Sequence record: ON287372.1
Reading direction: 5' to 3' (one strand)
Length of the DNA stretch: 64,000 nt
Part shown: positions 44,264-53,857 of the stretch, piece after piece
Layout of the letters: each line of letters starts with the position of its first letter
How positions within the stretch are numbered: the first letter of the stretch is position 1
Made by a program: the position numbers and the translations under genes
Notes under the pieces: model-generated
What the model saw: only the letters and a program-made list of their open reading frames with translations
Databases searched by the model: none
What the model was told of the DNA's origin: nothing

Positions 44264-44836
44264 ATGATTTTCTCAATTGACCCCACTCTTACGTCGGATG
44301 AGATGATTCGCCAGCTTCTCGGGTTTTCTTGTGGACAACCTATTGGGTACAATGACGTCAGTATAGGGTTACCTGAGCAAGTCTATACTGATCCGGGTGG
44401 AACGAATACTGAACTGAAGATCACTCGTAAGCCAGGCTCTACCAACATTAAACCAGGTGGGCCACAAACCATCATTCGTCGCTACCGTCGGTTGGAGATG
44501 GGTTACTTCTGCAGCGGGCTCCATCCAGAGGAAACCGAGTATTTCTCCTCTATGGACCCTACCCTAGAAAATTTCAACAGAATGTTCCACACCAAATTCA
44601 CTAAAGCGGATCTTAATATCGAGATAACGTATCGTGAAGAAGGTAAATATCGGGATGTTAAAGTAACGGTCGCTGAAACCCATTACGGTTTCTACGGATC
44701 CTTTATTTTCTCTCGTAATGAAGGGGATGGTAAAGTAAGTATCATTGACGCTTACTCTGGGGAAATGCCTGGGTTCGAAGGCGGTACTTATCAAACACCC
44801 GTTTCCATCGGTATCTTCGACGGTGTTGAACCGTAG
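44264..44836 (+). CDS. phiKZ-like virion structural protein (same anchor family, 190 aa)
   Basis: NTELKIT...RRYRRLEM...VTVAETHYGFYGS parallels 43185 gene; GGGGG RBS. Confidence 0.8.
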   Translation: MIFSIDPTLTSDEMIRQLLGFSCGQPIGYNDVSIGLPEQVYTDPGGTNTELKITRKPGSTNIKPGGPQTIIRRYRRLEMGYFCSGLHPEETEYFSSMDPTLENFNRMFHTKFTKADLNIEITYREEGKYRDVKVTVAETHYGFYGSFIFSRNEGDGKVSIIDAYSGEMPGFEGGTYQTPVSIGIFDGVEP

Positions 44837-44861
44837 CAAAAAAGAAAGTCTGATTGAAAAG

Positions 44862-44897
44862 CATAGAGAGTACTCCCAAGCGGGAGTACTCTCTTTT
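44862..44897. terminator. Bidirectional terminator between convergent genes, preceded by CATA
   Basis: agagagtactccc-aagc-gggagtactctct-ttt. Confidence 0.8.
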
Positions 44898-44901
44898 ATG
44901 G

Positions 44902-45471
44902 TCAGCTACGGGTAAAACGGGAAATGAATACATTACCGCTTCGAGCTTCAGTGAACTCCATCATCAAATAGAGCTTGGTATCAGCGATGTTATCGCCGGT
45001 TTTGAGCTTGGCATTTATCTCAAAGTTTACCGTCAGTTTCTCCTGACCGTAAACCACTGGCTTAAACCACTCAATCAACCGAGGCGCTAAATCAATCATG
45101 GTTTGGTTGAGATTATGGATGTCGATAACTACGTCGGAGTTAACTGCGTTGTAGAAAGTACAAGTAACTCCGCTGGTGTTTAGATCAAAACGACTTCCCT
45201 GGGCGGCGTAACGAATGTTGTGAATTTCTTCACCTTCACCATAAATCTCAAAACCAGCATTAGTAAACGCCTCTACCATTTCATCGCCACGAGTTTCTTT
45301 AACGATGCGCTGGATATTGGCAAATACGAACACCGGACAAGCTGGGTTTTTGATGGACATAATCTCATCAGCTGCCTTACTGCATTCTTTCCAGAGAGCT
45401 TCTAATGGGGTGTTGTCAAAGATGCTAGTTTTACGTTGTTTCTTGATCTTTTCAAAAAGTGGAGATGACAT
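44902..45471 (-). CDS. Hypothetical protein (189 aa)
   Basis: ORF track; AAGGA RBS. Confidence 0.8.
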   Translation of the reverse strand: MSSPLFEKIKKQRKTSIFDNTPLEALWKECSKAADEIMSIKNPACPVFVFANIQRIVKETRGDEMVEAFTNAGFEIYGEGEEIHNIRYAAQGSRFDLNTSGVTCTFYNAVNSDVVIDIHNLNQTMIDLAPRLIEWFKPVVYGQEKLTVNFEINAKLKTGDNIADTKLYLMMEFTEARSGNVFISRFTRS

Positions 45472-45488
45472 GATTTTTTCCTTATTCA

Positions 45489-45521
45489 GAATAAACCTAG
45501 GGGCACTTACGTACCCCTAGG
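45489..45521 (-). terminator. Terminator-like hairpin
   Basis: cctagggg-cacttacgta-cccctagg. Confidence 0.6.
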
Positions 45522-45536
45522 ATCGGTAGTTATTAT

Positions 45537-46646
45537 TTAGTCTGTAAAGTCCGTTTCGTTAAAGAAGTTCTCCACCAACCGCCCCATTGGAGTGAGGCGA
45601 TGAGCGCCATTCACAACGGCGAGTACGCCAATGTTAATCAATTCGGCAACATGAAGAGATTCTTCATGATCTGGATCTTCTTCGCCCAGGGAGTCGTACC
45701 CATGAAACGCATACTTCAGGTTTTCATCATCGCGGATACGATAGAAGGCCAAACGAGCAGTGCTATACAGAGGCCCATCTACTGTGGCGATATCAGCATC
45801 TTCTTCTTCGGTATTCAAAGAAGTGATGTTGTCGAACACAGACTGACCCAGGTTAGTAAGGCCGATCGAACCCATCTTAGAGTTGTCGATGTAGTAGATC
45901 AGCGACAGATCGATCAGTGCTTTGATCGTCTCCGGTGGGATACTATCGTAGTCTGCAGAATCCAGAGCACCGTTATTAGCTACTTCAATCAGCATGATAC
46001 CGCCGCCGGTAAGATCGTGAACCATCTTAACCAGCTCAGGGATCGTGTAGACCGCACGAAGAGATTCACTAACCGAAGGTGACTCTTTGATGACTACATT
46101 GGCCCCAGTACTTTTCAGCTGCTCTACAAGTGCCATTATATCCATTCTTCCGTTCCAGTCCACGATATCATCGGATTGGACGGTAGTTGCGATCCCAGCA
46201 CATTTCAACAGACGGCTCAGGATCAATGCAGCTGATGTTTTACCTGAACGGACAGGTCCGGTAATGGTGATAGTCAGCTCTTTGGACTGTTCGCGTTTGT
46301 AACGACGAGGACGCATCATCAGTTCCTTCAGCTCATTAGTTGGTGCAGGCTCAGCCTCAATGGCTTTGTTCAGGCTATCCCAGCCTTCTTCAGACAGAAG
46401 GCGAGTAATCGTGTACGCCATGTTGAATACACCCGGCGCAATGGCGATGTGACCTGTACATACATTGCCGTCTTCGCACATTGTGAGGATCGGATGGATC
46501 ACATTACTGACGTCTACGTCCTGCAACCCATACTTCTCTACCAGATGATCGAAGGCCTTTTTGTACCAGTCCTTATCGGACAGATCGACTGTGATCGAAA
46601 TTGGTTTGGCGGGGTTGTGGATATTAGTATCAATTCTGTATTTCAT
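45537..46646 (-). CDS. Mosaic protein with a P-loop-like segment and two winged-helix-like segments (369 aa)
   Basis: ITITGPVRSGKTS; LIDLSLI...LTNLGQ and LINIGVL...LTPMGR. Confidence 0.7.
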   Translation of the reverse strand: MKYRIDTNIHNPAKPISITVDLSDKDWYKKAFDHLVEKYGLQDVDVSNVIHPILTMCEDGNVCTGHIAIAPGVFNMAYTITRLLSEEGWDSLNKAIEAEPAPTNELKELMMRPRRYKREQSKELTITITGPVRSGKTSAALILSRLLKCAGIATTVQSDDIVDWNGRMDIMALVEQLKSTGANVVIKESPSVSESLRAVYTIPELVKMVHDLTGGGIMLIEVANNGALDSADYDSIPPETIKALIDLSLIYYIDNSKMGSIGLTNLGQSVFDNITSLNTEEEDADIATVDGPLYSTARLAFYRIRDDENLKYAFHGYDSLGEEDPDHEESLHVAELINIGVLAVVNGAHRLTPMGRLVENFFNETDFTD

Positions 46647-46657
46647 TACAGGCGTTC

Positions 46658-46945
46658 CTATTTTTTAGCATCGCGGATTTCGTAACGAATGCAGGCGCGT
46701 TCATTACCAGAGTAACCAGGCTCTAATACAGAACCTTCACCAAAAGCAAAGCTCACGATATTACGCAAGCAATCATCGTACCCAGGGTTAGACATCACCA
46801 CTGGATAAGTACGACGATATTCTTCAGTCAGTTTATCAAACAGACTGTCGGCCAGATCAGTGCGATCAGGATCGTAGAAAATGGAAATGGGTTTAACTTC
46901 TTCAGGTTGGTTGTCCAACAAAGTGATAATTTCCCGAGTAGCCAC
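46658..46945 (-). CDS. Hypothetical early protein (95 aa)
   Basis: ORF track; AGGAG RBS, GTG start. Confidence 0.75.
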   Translation of the reverse strand: MATREIITLLDNQPEEVKPISIFYDPDRTDLADSLFDKLTEEYRRTYPVVMSNPGYDDCLRNIVSFAFGEGSVLEPGYSGNERACIRYEIRDAKK

Positions 46946-47003
46946 AATAAATCTCCTTACCGTAATAATAGACAGTGTAAGATCATTACGACCCTACACT
47001 GTA

Positions 47004-47012
47004 GTGATATAT
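47004..47012 (-). promoter_or_regulatory. Putative early promoter ATATATCAC
   Basis: One mismatch to the recurring motif, in an intergenic region. Confidence 0.55.
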
Positions 47013-47054
47013 ACCTGAGTTTACTTTAACCCGAAGTAATTCGATCCGTACTAT

Positions 47055-47228
47055 TCATTTACGCTCCCCAAGAACGCCCATGGCCACAGCTAATGCTAAG
47101 TGACTACGCTTCAGAACGACTTTACGCCGGACGGATCTATACGTAACATACCCGTTAGTCCCGGTTACAGGGGTCTTACCTAAATTACCTGGCTTCATGA
47201 TTACCTCAGTAGATTTTAATTTCGCCAT
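47055..47228 (-). CDS. Small basic protein (57 aa)
   Basis: 3' part of the ORF-track frame; start MAKLK overlaps the upstream gene end. Confidence 0.45.
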   Translation of the reverse strand: MAKLKSTEVIMKPGNLGKTPVTGTNGYVTYRSVRRKVVLKRSHLALAVAMGVLGERK

Positions 47229-47943
47229 CAAATGAGAATTCTGGAATACCTTCCGAACGCATGAGTTCCCAGAACCCGCCACCAATCGCTTTGACTTTAG
47301 TGGTATTGACATCATCGTCATCCCACTTCTGACGAAGCAACTCAAACATCTCTTCAACGGTGTGTTCCTTAACCACCGAACCAATACGCCAGCACTCAGT
47401 GCCGGTTTGGTAATATTCCCTTAAGTTATCGAGATCTTCCAAATACTCTTCGATAGGGGCACGTCCAAAGAACTCAGTGTTAAAGTACGGGTTATCTTTT
47501 TGGAAGTAGAGCTCGAAAGTACCTTTCACTTTATAGTCGGTACTCAGAGCTTTACGGTAGTGGTTCAAAGCACTGAGGAAATACTCAGCCCCGTCTTCCG
47601 ACATAGTGATGATTTTACCATCATGTTCACACGGACCGAAGTCTCTGTAAAATGTAGTAAACAGGCTAGAGAACTCCGAAGAGACAATTGCTTGCGGGAA
47701 CAACAATTGGCCCTTGTAGAAGAAATAATGACGATCGGTACAATCGAGAACGCCCGTCATTTTAGTCAGAGTTTCTTCAGTGACGCCTTCACCGTAACCG
47801 CCGATTATTTTACCAGTGGCATCCAGAGTGATCAAACCACAACCTAAGTCATGACGAACTTGGTCGTAGCCCTTATTAATCTTAATACCTTGAACAACGG
47901 TATCTTGATTGAAACTAATATCAAATACTGCACCCATGATCAC
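47206..47943 (-). CDS. Hypothetical protein (245 aa)
   Basis: ORF track. Confidence 0.85.
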   Translation of the reverse strand: MIMGAVFDISFNQDTVVQGIKINKGYDQVRHDLGCGLITLDATGKIIGGYGEGVTEETLTKMTGVLDCTDRHYFFYKGQLLFPQAIVSSEFSSLFTTFYRDFGPCEHDGKIITMSEDGAEYFLSALNHYRKALSTDYKVKGTFELYFQKDNPYFNTEFFGRAPIEEYLEDLDNLREYYQTGTECWRIGSVVKEHTVEEMFELLRQKWDDDDVNTTKVKAIGGGFWELMRSEGIPEFSFDGEIKIY

Positions 47944-48342
47944 CTACTTACTTTTATTCAGAAGTGGATTTTTCAGCATGTAGAATTTGGTTCTTTCTAC
48001 AACGCCAGTGATATAGTCCGGATCTAACCCAGCATCCTGGATTGCGTTAGTAATCATATCCAGGATTTGGAAATCCCAGAACTTATTACGACGCGCCTGT
48101 TCAATGAATTGACTCCAGTCGATGACCTTTCCTTTATTAAGGATAGCTGCGACAGAAATCTCTAAAGGAACGCCGTGCGTAGCCTTCAGTTCAAACAACC
48201 GGTCACCTGGGAAAACCTGGTTACCAGAATACATGGGGGTAACTTCCATTTTGTAACCGATTACTTTCATTCGCTTTTGGCGAGGCTCTGGCATTTTCGA
48301 TTCGATAACATCTTCATTACGACGAGACAATTCGCTGTACAT
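47944..48342 (-). CDS. Protein resembling an isolated alanyl-tRNA synthetase helical subdomain (132 aa)
   Basis: GDRLFELKATHGVPLEI...GKVIDWSQF parallels AlaRS G..AFKLYDTYGFPLDL...G..VD..GF. Confidence 0.6.
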   Translation of the reverse strand: MYSELSRRNEDVIESKMPEPRQKRMKVIGYKMEVTPMYSGNQVFPGDRLFELKATHGVPLEISVAAILNKGKVIDWSQFIEQARRNKFWDFQILDMITNAIQDAGLDPDYITGVVERTKFYMLKNPLLNKSK

Positions 48343-48361
48343 TAGAAAATCCTCCTGATTT

Positions 48362-48386
48362 CCGTAGGGGTAGTTAGCCCCTACGG
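48362..48386 (-). terminator. Terminator-like hairpin
   Basis: ccgtagggg-tagttag-cccctacgg. Confidence 0.7.
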
Positions 48387-48396
48387 ATTATGATAG

Positions 48397-49251
48397 TTAA
48401 ACGGTGAACGGGTATTTGATCGGCGGATGGGCGACGTAGTCTTCCAATGCGACAGACTCTTTGGTTAGCGTATCGATACCAACAATCCCCGCCAGAAGCA
48501 GCAGAGGATCTAGCCACAGAGTAGCATTGGATTCCATGACCGGACGTTTCATTTCTTCAACGAACAGATCGTACTGGTTCTCGTAGACATGAACGTTGAT
48601 CATGTGGTGCGTTACTTTACCCGGAACCAGGCCAGTCAGGCGAGCAACCAGATCCAGGAAGAAGTAACACTGCATCATGTTAGCCGGTAAGCCCAGAGGT
48701 ACATCTACTGAGCGACTGACTGAAGTCATGTGCAATTTACCGTCGAAGATAGAGAAGGTATGCGTATGCATACACGGACGCAGACAGCCGTAGTCAAACT
48801 CACCTGGGTTCCAGAAGGTGACAACCTCCCCACGATCGTCAATACCTTGTCTCAGGTTATTGATGACTTTCTTCAACTGGTCGAAGTGCTCGCCGAATTG
48901 GTTAACCCAGTCACGAGCCTGGACACCGTAGATACGACCGAGGTCGTCTTCCCCTTTGCGGTTAGGGTTAGCTAACCACGATTTGTTTTCGTTAGCATTA
49001 CCGTCCCAGGTTTTACTGCCCAGTTCACGCAGATCAGCTGCGCTGTCTTTACCCTGAAGATAACCGATGAACTCACCAAAAGCGCCACGGTAAGGAACCT
49101 TACGCGTAGTGACAACCGGAACTTCACAGTTACCGACGTCATAAACGAACGTATGGTTCAGTACAGTTTTACACTTAACGCCGGTGCGTGGGTTCTCAAT
49201 CCAAATACCTTCGTCGATGATACGATTACCTAAATCAGAATACTGCTGCAT
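48397..49251 (-). CDS. thyA: Thymidylate synthase
   Basis: PVVTTRK, DLGRIYG.Q.R, DDRG, LRPCMH (catalytic Cys), RSVDVPLGLPAN, HVYENQ. Confidence 0.97.
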   Translation of the reverse strand: MQQYSDLGNRIIDEGIWIENPRTGVKCKTVLNHTFVYDVGNCEVPVVTTRKVPYRGAFGEFIGYLQGKDSAADLRELGSKTWDGNANENKSWLANPNRKGEDDLGRIYGVQARDWVNQFGEHFDQLKKVINNLRQGIDDRGEVVTFWNPGEFDYGCLRPCMHTHTFSIFDGKLHMTSVSRSVDVPLGLPANMMQCYFFLDLVARLTGLVPGKVTHHMINVHVYENQYDLFVEEMKRPVMESNATLWLDPLLLLAGIVGIDTLTKESVALEDYVAHPPIKYPFTV

Positions 49252-49263
49252 TTCTTTCCCCTG

Positions 49264-49689
49264 TTAAATAACATCGGATAAAAACTGGCCCGGTGACAGC
49301 TCGATCTTTGAGACTAACGGATGATTAAGCGCTTGGCACTCCCGAACCCACGATTCGAAGTTATTGTCCAAAAGATTGATGAAACCTTCTGGTGAACCGC
49401 GAGACTTATAGCGCTCGATGAAGTCAGCTTTTGCCTCCAGGCACGGATAAACGAGAGTAAATGGAATCCCGGCCGAAATAAGTGCATCTCGAACGATTTC
49501 GTGCGAAGACACAAAGACAAAGTCCAGTTCCCCTGAGTCTAATAGTTTCTGAATATGGGAAATGTAATTACCAGGGAATAGGCTCTTATCGAACTTAGAG
49601 GAATCCGAGTCCGAACAGTTTAACCCGGAGTTGAACAGGGTACTTTTACCTACACCAGGGAATCCAGAGATTACTTTACTTTTCATCAT
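49264..49689 (-). CDS. Small P-loop NTPase/kinase-like phage protein (141 aa)
   Basis: VISGFPGVGKST; DSDSS.F; FP.NYI. Confidence 0.8.
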   Translation of the reverse strand: MMKSKVISGFPGVGKSTLFNSGLNCSDSDSSKFDKSLFPGNYISHIQKLLDSGELDFVFVSSHEIVRDALISAGIPFTLVYPCLEAKADFIERYKSRGSPEGFINLLDNNFESWVRECQALNHPLVSKIELSPGQFLSDVI

Positions 49690-49955
49690 TTTGTACCTTT
49701 ACATGGTGGTTCACATGCACACTGCTCTAGTTCGTAATCTGGACGCAGGTGCCATTTACACGGATACTCTCGCCAATCCTTATCCGGGTTATAACCCTCT
49801 TTCTTAGCTAACTTAATCGCGTTCTTCAGCGTGAGTCGATTAATGATTCTGAACGGAACTGTTGTCTTAAAAGAAAGGAAAGAGAGTGTATGACTAGCTC
49901 GTTTAAACTTGGCGGGAGACTGATCCATGGCGGAATAATAAGAGATAGTACGCAT
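49686..49955 (-). CDS. Hypothetical basic protein (89 aa)
   Basis: ORF track; coupled. Confidence 0.65.
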   Translation of the reverse strand: MRTISYYSAMDQSPAKFKRASHTLSFLSFKTTVPFRIINRLTLKNAIKLAKKEGYNPDKDWREYPCKWHLRPDYELEQCACEPPCKGTK

Positions 49956-49956
49956 T

Positions 49957-50349
49957 CTATTTCTTCTCGACGTAGAAGAATACCCAGGTCTTACTGTGGT
50001 CTACTTCATGAGCCAGCTTCTTAATGGCGTCTATGAATTCCAGGTCAGCAATAGCAGTAATGCCATGAGCTTCCAAACTAGCCAATACATTTAGCAAGTC
50101 AGGGTGAACGGCAAAACCGTTACCGGCCGGTATAGACGTATCAGGTTCATCGCGGAACTGAGAATAACAGTCCTGGATGAACAGAAGGAACTCTGGCGTT
50201 TTGGCCGTAGCTACTTCTTCAAAGTGATGATAGAAAAGCTCATCGCTAATCACGCCACCGTCAAACTCTTTCGAGATATTAATCCACTGACGAGTGATGT
50301 TATTCAGGTCAGGTTTAGGGAGAGTAGCTAATTTCAATACAAGGCTCAT
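49957..50349 (-). CDS. Hypothetical protein (130 aa)
   Basis: ORF track 49957..50409; start trimmed to MSLVL with AGGGG RBS. Confidence 0.75.
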   Translation of the reverse strand: MSLVLKLATLPKPDLNNITRQWINISKEFDGGVISDELFYHHFEEVATAKTPEFLLFIQDCYSQFRDEPDTSIPAGNGFAVHPDLLNVLASLEAHGITAIADLEFIDAIKKLAHEVDHSKTWVFFYVEKK

Positions 50350-50359
50350 TACATCCCCC

Positions 50360-50725
50360 TTAAGAGAAGTCGAAGAGAACAGTCTCGGTTTCGAAGTCTG
50401 CTTCGGCAAGAACCTTAGTTACTGCGCCATGGAGTATTTTCAACTCCCCTGCAAACTCACCTTGCTCCTTACTCAGAAGAACCTCGACAGCCATCTGGAT
50501 AGCTTTGATCGAATCCTTACTCAATATCTGAGCATATGCCGTATTAAAGTCACCACCCTGACCTAAGGCAGAGAAGATTGCCAGAGACAGTTTATAGGCA
50601 CCTTTGATAGACAGGTACGGAGTCTTTTTTACATTAAGGGGTAAGCCGTAACTTCCCCCGGCGTTAAGCGGATGATCAGCCAGTTCATCTTTCTTACAAG
50701 TATAAATATCAAGCCATACGCCCAT
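50360..50725 (-). CDS. Hypothetical protein (121 aa)
   Basis: ORF track; GAGGA RBS. Confidence 0.8.
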   Translation of the reverse strand: MGVWLDIYTCKKDELADHPLNAGGSYGLPLNVKKTPYLSIKGAYKLSLAIFSALGQGGDFNTAYAQILSKDSIKAIQMAVEVLLSKEQGEFAGELKILHGAVTKVLAEADFETETVLFDFS

Positions 50726-50777
50726 TTTAAAATTCCTCAGTGATTTACGTTAACTATAAGTAGTGGTCGATACGTAC

Positions 50778-50810
50778 AAAAAAATAAAGCCAGGGGAATT
50801 AACCCCTGGC
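50778..50810 (-). terminator. Intrinsic terminator (AATTAA-loop family)
   Basis: gccagggg-aattaa-cccctggc with a U-tract on minus. Confidence 0.8.
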
Positions 50811-50817
50811 GTATGAT

Positions 50818-51159
50818 TTAACTACTTTGGACCTTCCAGGAATGTGGCCAAATAATTGGCTGATAATCCGCAAAGGAAACTGTCTTACCTTTATCAACTT
50901 CCCGCAGAATCGATTCGGTCAGAGTACTAAGCTCGTCGGCCGTTGAAATGAAATTACGGTTGTTGTAGCGAAGGTCGAACTTATACCCAAGGGCAGGTAC
51001 CTGGAACTTATCTTCGAACAGTTTTCCATTGAATGAGATGTCACCGAACTCATTCAACGATACGAAGTGCCAGGCCTGATCGCCAACAATTTTGTACGTT
51101 GCTGACTTGGTCAAAGCTTCAACGACTAAAAAGATTTCTTTTCCCATTGGATTCACCAA
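50818..51159 (-). CDS. Hypothetical protein (113 aa)
   Basis: ORF track. Confidence 0.75.
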   Translation of the reverse strand: MVNPMGKEIFLVVEALTKSATYKIVGDQAWHFVSLNEFGDISFNGKLFEDKFQVPALGYKFDLRYNNRNFISTADELSTLTESILREVDKGKTVSFADYQPIIWPHSWKVQSS

Positions 51160-51731
51160 ATATAAATGAAGTGTTCATTGTCGATCCCTTTCAGACCAGC
51201 CATAGCAGCACCTACCGCCTCCTGAAGACATCCCAGGAAAATCATTGGGTGATTACCTGGATTATTACAGGCGCGTTTCACGGCCCGTCTGAAGTCATCC
51301 ACGGTACACATGTCATGAATGATGTGGAAGACTGTGGCTTTTAATTCTGACCGGGTCATCAATACTCTGAGTTTCTCAATCTCAGACTGATAACCAACTA
51401 TGATCGTCTGTTTGCTGTAGAGGGTGCGATCTGCAACAAACTCCATGATCTGTTCATCATCCTGACTGTAGTTCTTAATGACTATCGTAAAGAGATCTTT
51501 GGTTTTAGGGCAGAAGCTAGTAGAGGATCCTTCAGTAGCTAGACACTTATTTGTTACCCAGTTACCGCCTAACTCCTCATTGACAGTGTATTCGATTCCG
51601 TCAATGACATCGCCATCGTTGATAACGGCACCTGTACGTGTATGGTAAGGAACACCATAACGCCAGTGCAGTTGCGCTGGAAGTTCTCCAGTGTAAATGG
51701 CCGGATACTTATCATCTTCAGAGTGGTACAT
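51153..51731 (-). CDS. Hypothetical protein (192 aa)
   Basis: ORF track; AAGGA RBS. Confidence 0.8.
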   Translation of the reverse strand: MYHSEDDKYPAIYTGELPAQLHWRYGVPYHTRTGAVINDGDVIDGIEYTVNEELGGNWVTNKCLATEGSSTSFCPKTKDLFTIVIKNYSQDDEQIMEFVADRTLYSKQTIIVGYQSEIEKLRVLMTRSELKATVFHIIHDMCTVDDFRRAVKRACNNPGNHPMIFLGCLQEAVGAAMAGLKGIDNEHFIYIW

Positions 51732-51818
51732 TACGGTATTCCTTATACGTTATTCAGGTTTCTTAAATTTAACTAGAGTTTATAATTTATTTTTTAAGCG
51801 ATAAATATATTTCTCCTA

Positions 51819-52223
51819 TTAGAAGAAGTTAAAGACCAAACGTTCGACGCCCAGTTTCTTTAGCGTAGCCAAACGCTCAAACCAACCCTCGCCGAGATGC
51901 TCTCTCCATGTAGCACTATACCCTTCACCGATAGGTAACGTATGGCGCCCGTGGCGACGATCTTCGACCACTTGATCATAGTCGAAATCAAAGAGATACT
52001 TGGTTAGTAACGTGTAGTTAAAATCGCTTTCGCAACATATCGGCTCACCTGCCTTTTCGAAATTATGCGGGAGTGGAGGTACTTTTGCATAATTCCGTAC
52101 ATCGGCAAACCAACCGTAGATGAAATAACTTTGAAAGTTAAACCAATCTTCATCCGTCGTTATTTCTTCCCACTGACCATCAGGACCTTTACGTTCTAAC
52201 CGACCTTCGAAGTGTGCGCTCAT
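51819..52223 (-). CDS. Hypothetical phage protein (134 aa)
   Basis: Start trimmed to MSAHF; Y..FADVRN...P and RLVFNF family motif. Confidence 0.8.
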   Translation of the reverse strand: MSAHFEGRLERKGPDGQWEEITTDEDWFNFQSYFIYGWFADVRNYAKVPPLPHNFEKAGEPICCESDFNYTLLTKYLFDFDYDQVVEDRRHGRHTLPIGEGYSATWREHLGEGWFERLATLKKLGVERLVFNFF

Positions 52224-52224
52224 T

Positions 52225-52674
52225 TTAATCCTCTTTATTGCCCAGGCTGAACTCAAGAACAAAACGTTTATTGGTTACAGCCTCCTCGTAAGGCGTACCC
52301 ACAAACATAGCCAGTAAATCCAACCAACGTTTACTCATTTCTTCCGTGATTAAATCTGCCTTCGGTTTATTACCCGCAAGAATAGATCTAGACCCAATGT
52401 CCTTCGTCATTGGAGTTTTACAGATACGGCGAGAGTTAATTTCCTGCAATACTTCTTCGACAGGTCTTTTTAACTCTTCGCTAGTTGGAATATATCCGTA
52501 TCTATCCCAGCCATGCTCTTCGATAATAGGAATTATTTCGCGCTTCTCTTGAGTTGTGAGAGTGAATACGCGAATGACGAATTCGAATATAGATTGGTTA
52601 CTGTAACCAAACCAGAAACCAACTCGTATAAGCCTGCGGACTTTGACCTGACTGAAAACCTCTAACGAATCCAT
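52225..52674 (-). CDS. Hypothetical protein (149 aa)
   Basis: Start trimmed to MDSLE with AGGGG RBS. Confidence 0.75.
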   Translation of the reverse strand: MDSLEVFSQVKVRRLIRVGFWFGYSNQSIFEFVIRVFTLTTQEKREIIPIIEEHGWDRYGYIPTSEELKRPVEEVLQEINSRRICKTPMTKDIGSRSILAGNKPKADLITEEMSKRWLDLLAMFVGTPYEEAVTNKRFVLEFSLGNKED

Positions 52675-52684
52675 TTTAATCCCC

Positions 52685-53095
52685 TTATTTATTCGGGTTA
52701 AGACGACCGATATATTCGCCGTACCAATACCCGTCATCTTTCAAAGTCAATTTGTAATAGAACGACCGACACCATCCACGATACCCGTAATGACTCTCCG
52801 GGTAGCGGGTGTGTTTATCGTTTATGTCACGTTTGGCTTTAATGGGGATGTAGAAATCGCACCCGTTTTTTATTTTCGTTGACAGATCCATTCCCAGTTT
52901 GAACCGGAACTCTTTAGTCACTGGATCAACGAAGAAATCAACGGAGTTGTACTCGTACCCAATTGAAGCAACAAACTCAGGGGACAGCATACATGTCCCC
53001 TGCTTAGCGCCGATGCGTAAGGTGAATACTTTAGGCTTCTTCTTTTTATTTATCACCAGAGTAACTTTTGGCCTAACTACATTAATAAAAGTCAT
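52685..53095 (-). CDS. Hypothetical protein (136 aa)
   Basis: ORF track. Confidence 0.75.
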   Translation of the reverse strand: MTFINVVRPKVTLVINKKKKPKVFTLRIGAKQGTCMLSPEFVASIGYEYNSVDFFVDPVTKEFRFKLGMDLSTKIKNGCDFYIPIKAKRDINDKHTRYPESHYGYRGWCRSFYYKLTLKDDGYWYGEYIGRLNPNK

Positions 53096-53366
53096 TAGTC
53101 ATCCCCGTGTCCATGTATTTGCCCATGACTACGACGTCAGCATTACGGCCGTATTGTTTCACCGCACTACGCGTTTTCGTCTTGGCCTTATAACCGGTCT
53201 TCAGACGATAGTAGAGCGATTTAAGTTGACGGACAGACATTCTGTCCAGTTTACGTTTTGGAATGCCCCAGTCCATTACCAGGTGCTCTACGTAGATATC
53301 CCGAGTATTAGACTTGTACTCTTTAAACTCGAAGGACACGGAGAAAGTGTTGCTGTAAGTTGCCAT
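53082..53366 (-). CDS. Hypothetical basic protein (94 aa)
   Basis: ORF track; GAGGT RBS. Confidence 0.75.
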   Translation of the reverse strand: MATYSNTFSVSFEFKEYKSNTRDIYVEHLVMDWGIPKRKLDRMSVRQLKSLYYRLKTGYKAKTKTRSAVKQYGRNADVVVMGKYMDTGMTNDFY

Positions 53367-53374
53367 TCTTTACC

Positions 53375-53857
53375 TCAACGGAATCCAGTGATTTTCAACA
53401 GAGCCGATACAGGCACCTCGGAAACGTCCTGAGTGGAATCTAATCCGAGATAGTTATTAACGACCGTAGCAGGGGTACGTTCGACTTTAACGTTCACGAT
53501 GCCGCGCTGTAACCCTACCGATACCCTTACTGCAATCTGCCCGTATTTCAGAGTTTGGACAGTGATGCGTTGCGTATGGATACCAGAGGCGTTAGTAACT
53601 GAGTTAAACGTAACCGGTACCATGGCACCTAAAGAGTGCCCGTCTACGATAATGTTATCGATGACGATCTCTTCAAGTTCCCTAAAGTCGGTTAAACGGA
53701 ATAGCTTATGGACGCAATTAGGAGCAACTATCAGCGATCTCGTTTCTTTAGTACGATCAGCCGGGTCAGCGACGAGGTCACGAATAGCGCTGAGCATTTC
53801 ATGTTCCATCATTGACCGGTCATTAAGAACTTCCAGGATTTTATCTTTCAGGTTCAT
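53375..53857 (-). CDS. Hypothetical protein (160 aa)
   Basis: ORF track; coupled. Confidence 0.8.
   Translation of the reverse strand: MNLKDKILEVLNDRSMMEHEMLSAIRDLVADPADRTKETRSLIVAPNCVHKLFRLTDFRELEEIVIDNIIVDGHSLGAMVPVTFNSVTNASGIHTQRITVQTLKYGQIAVRVSVGLQRGIVNVKVERTPATVVNNYLGLDSTQDVSEVPVSALLKITGFR

Noticed and set aside
48397-49251. ThyA as a dCMP hydroxymethylase (modified DNA)
   Set aside because: It keeps Asn at the specificity position (GLPAN) rather than Asp, and no glycosyltransferase genes are nearby.
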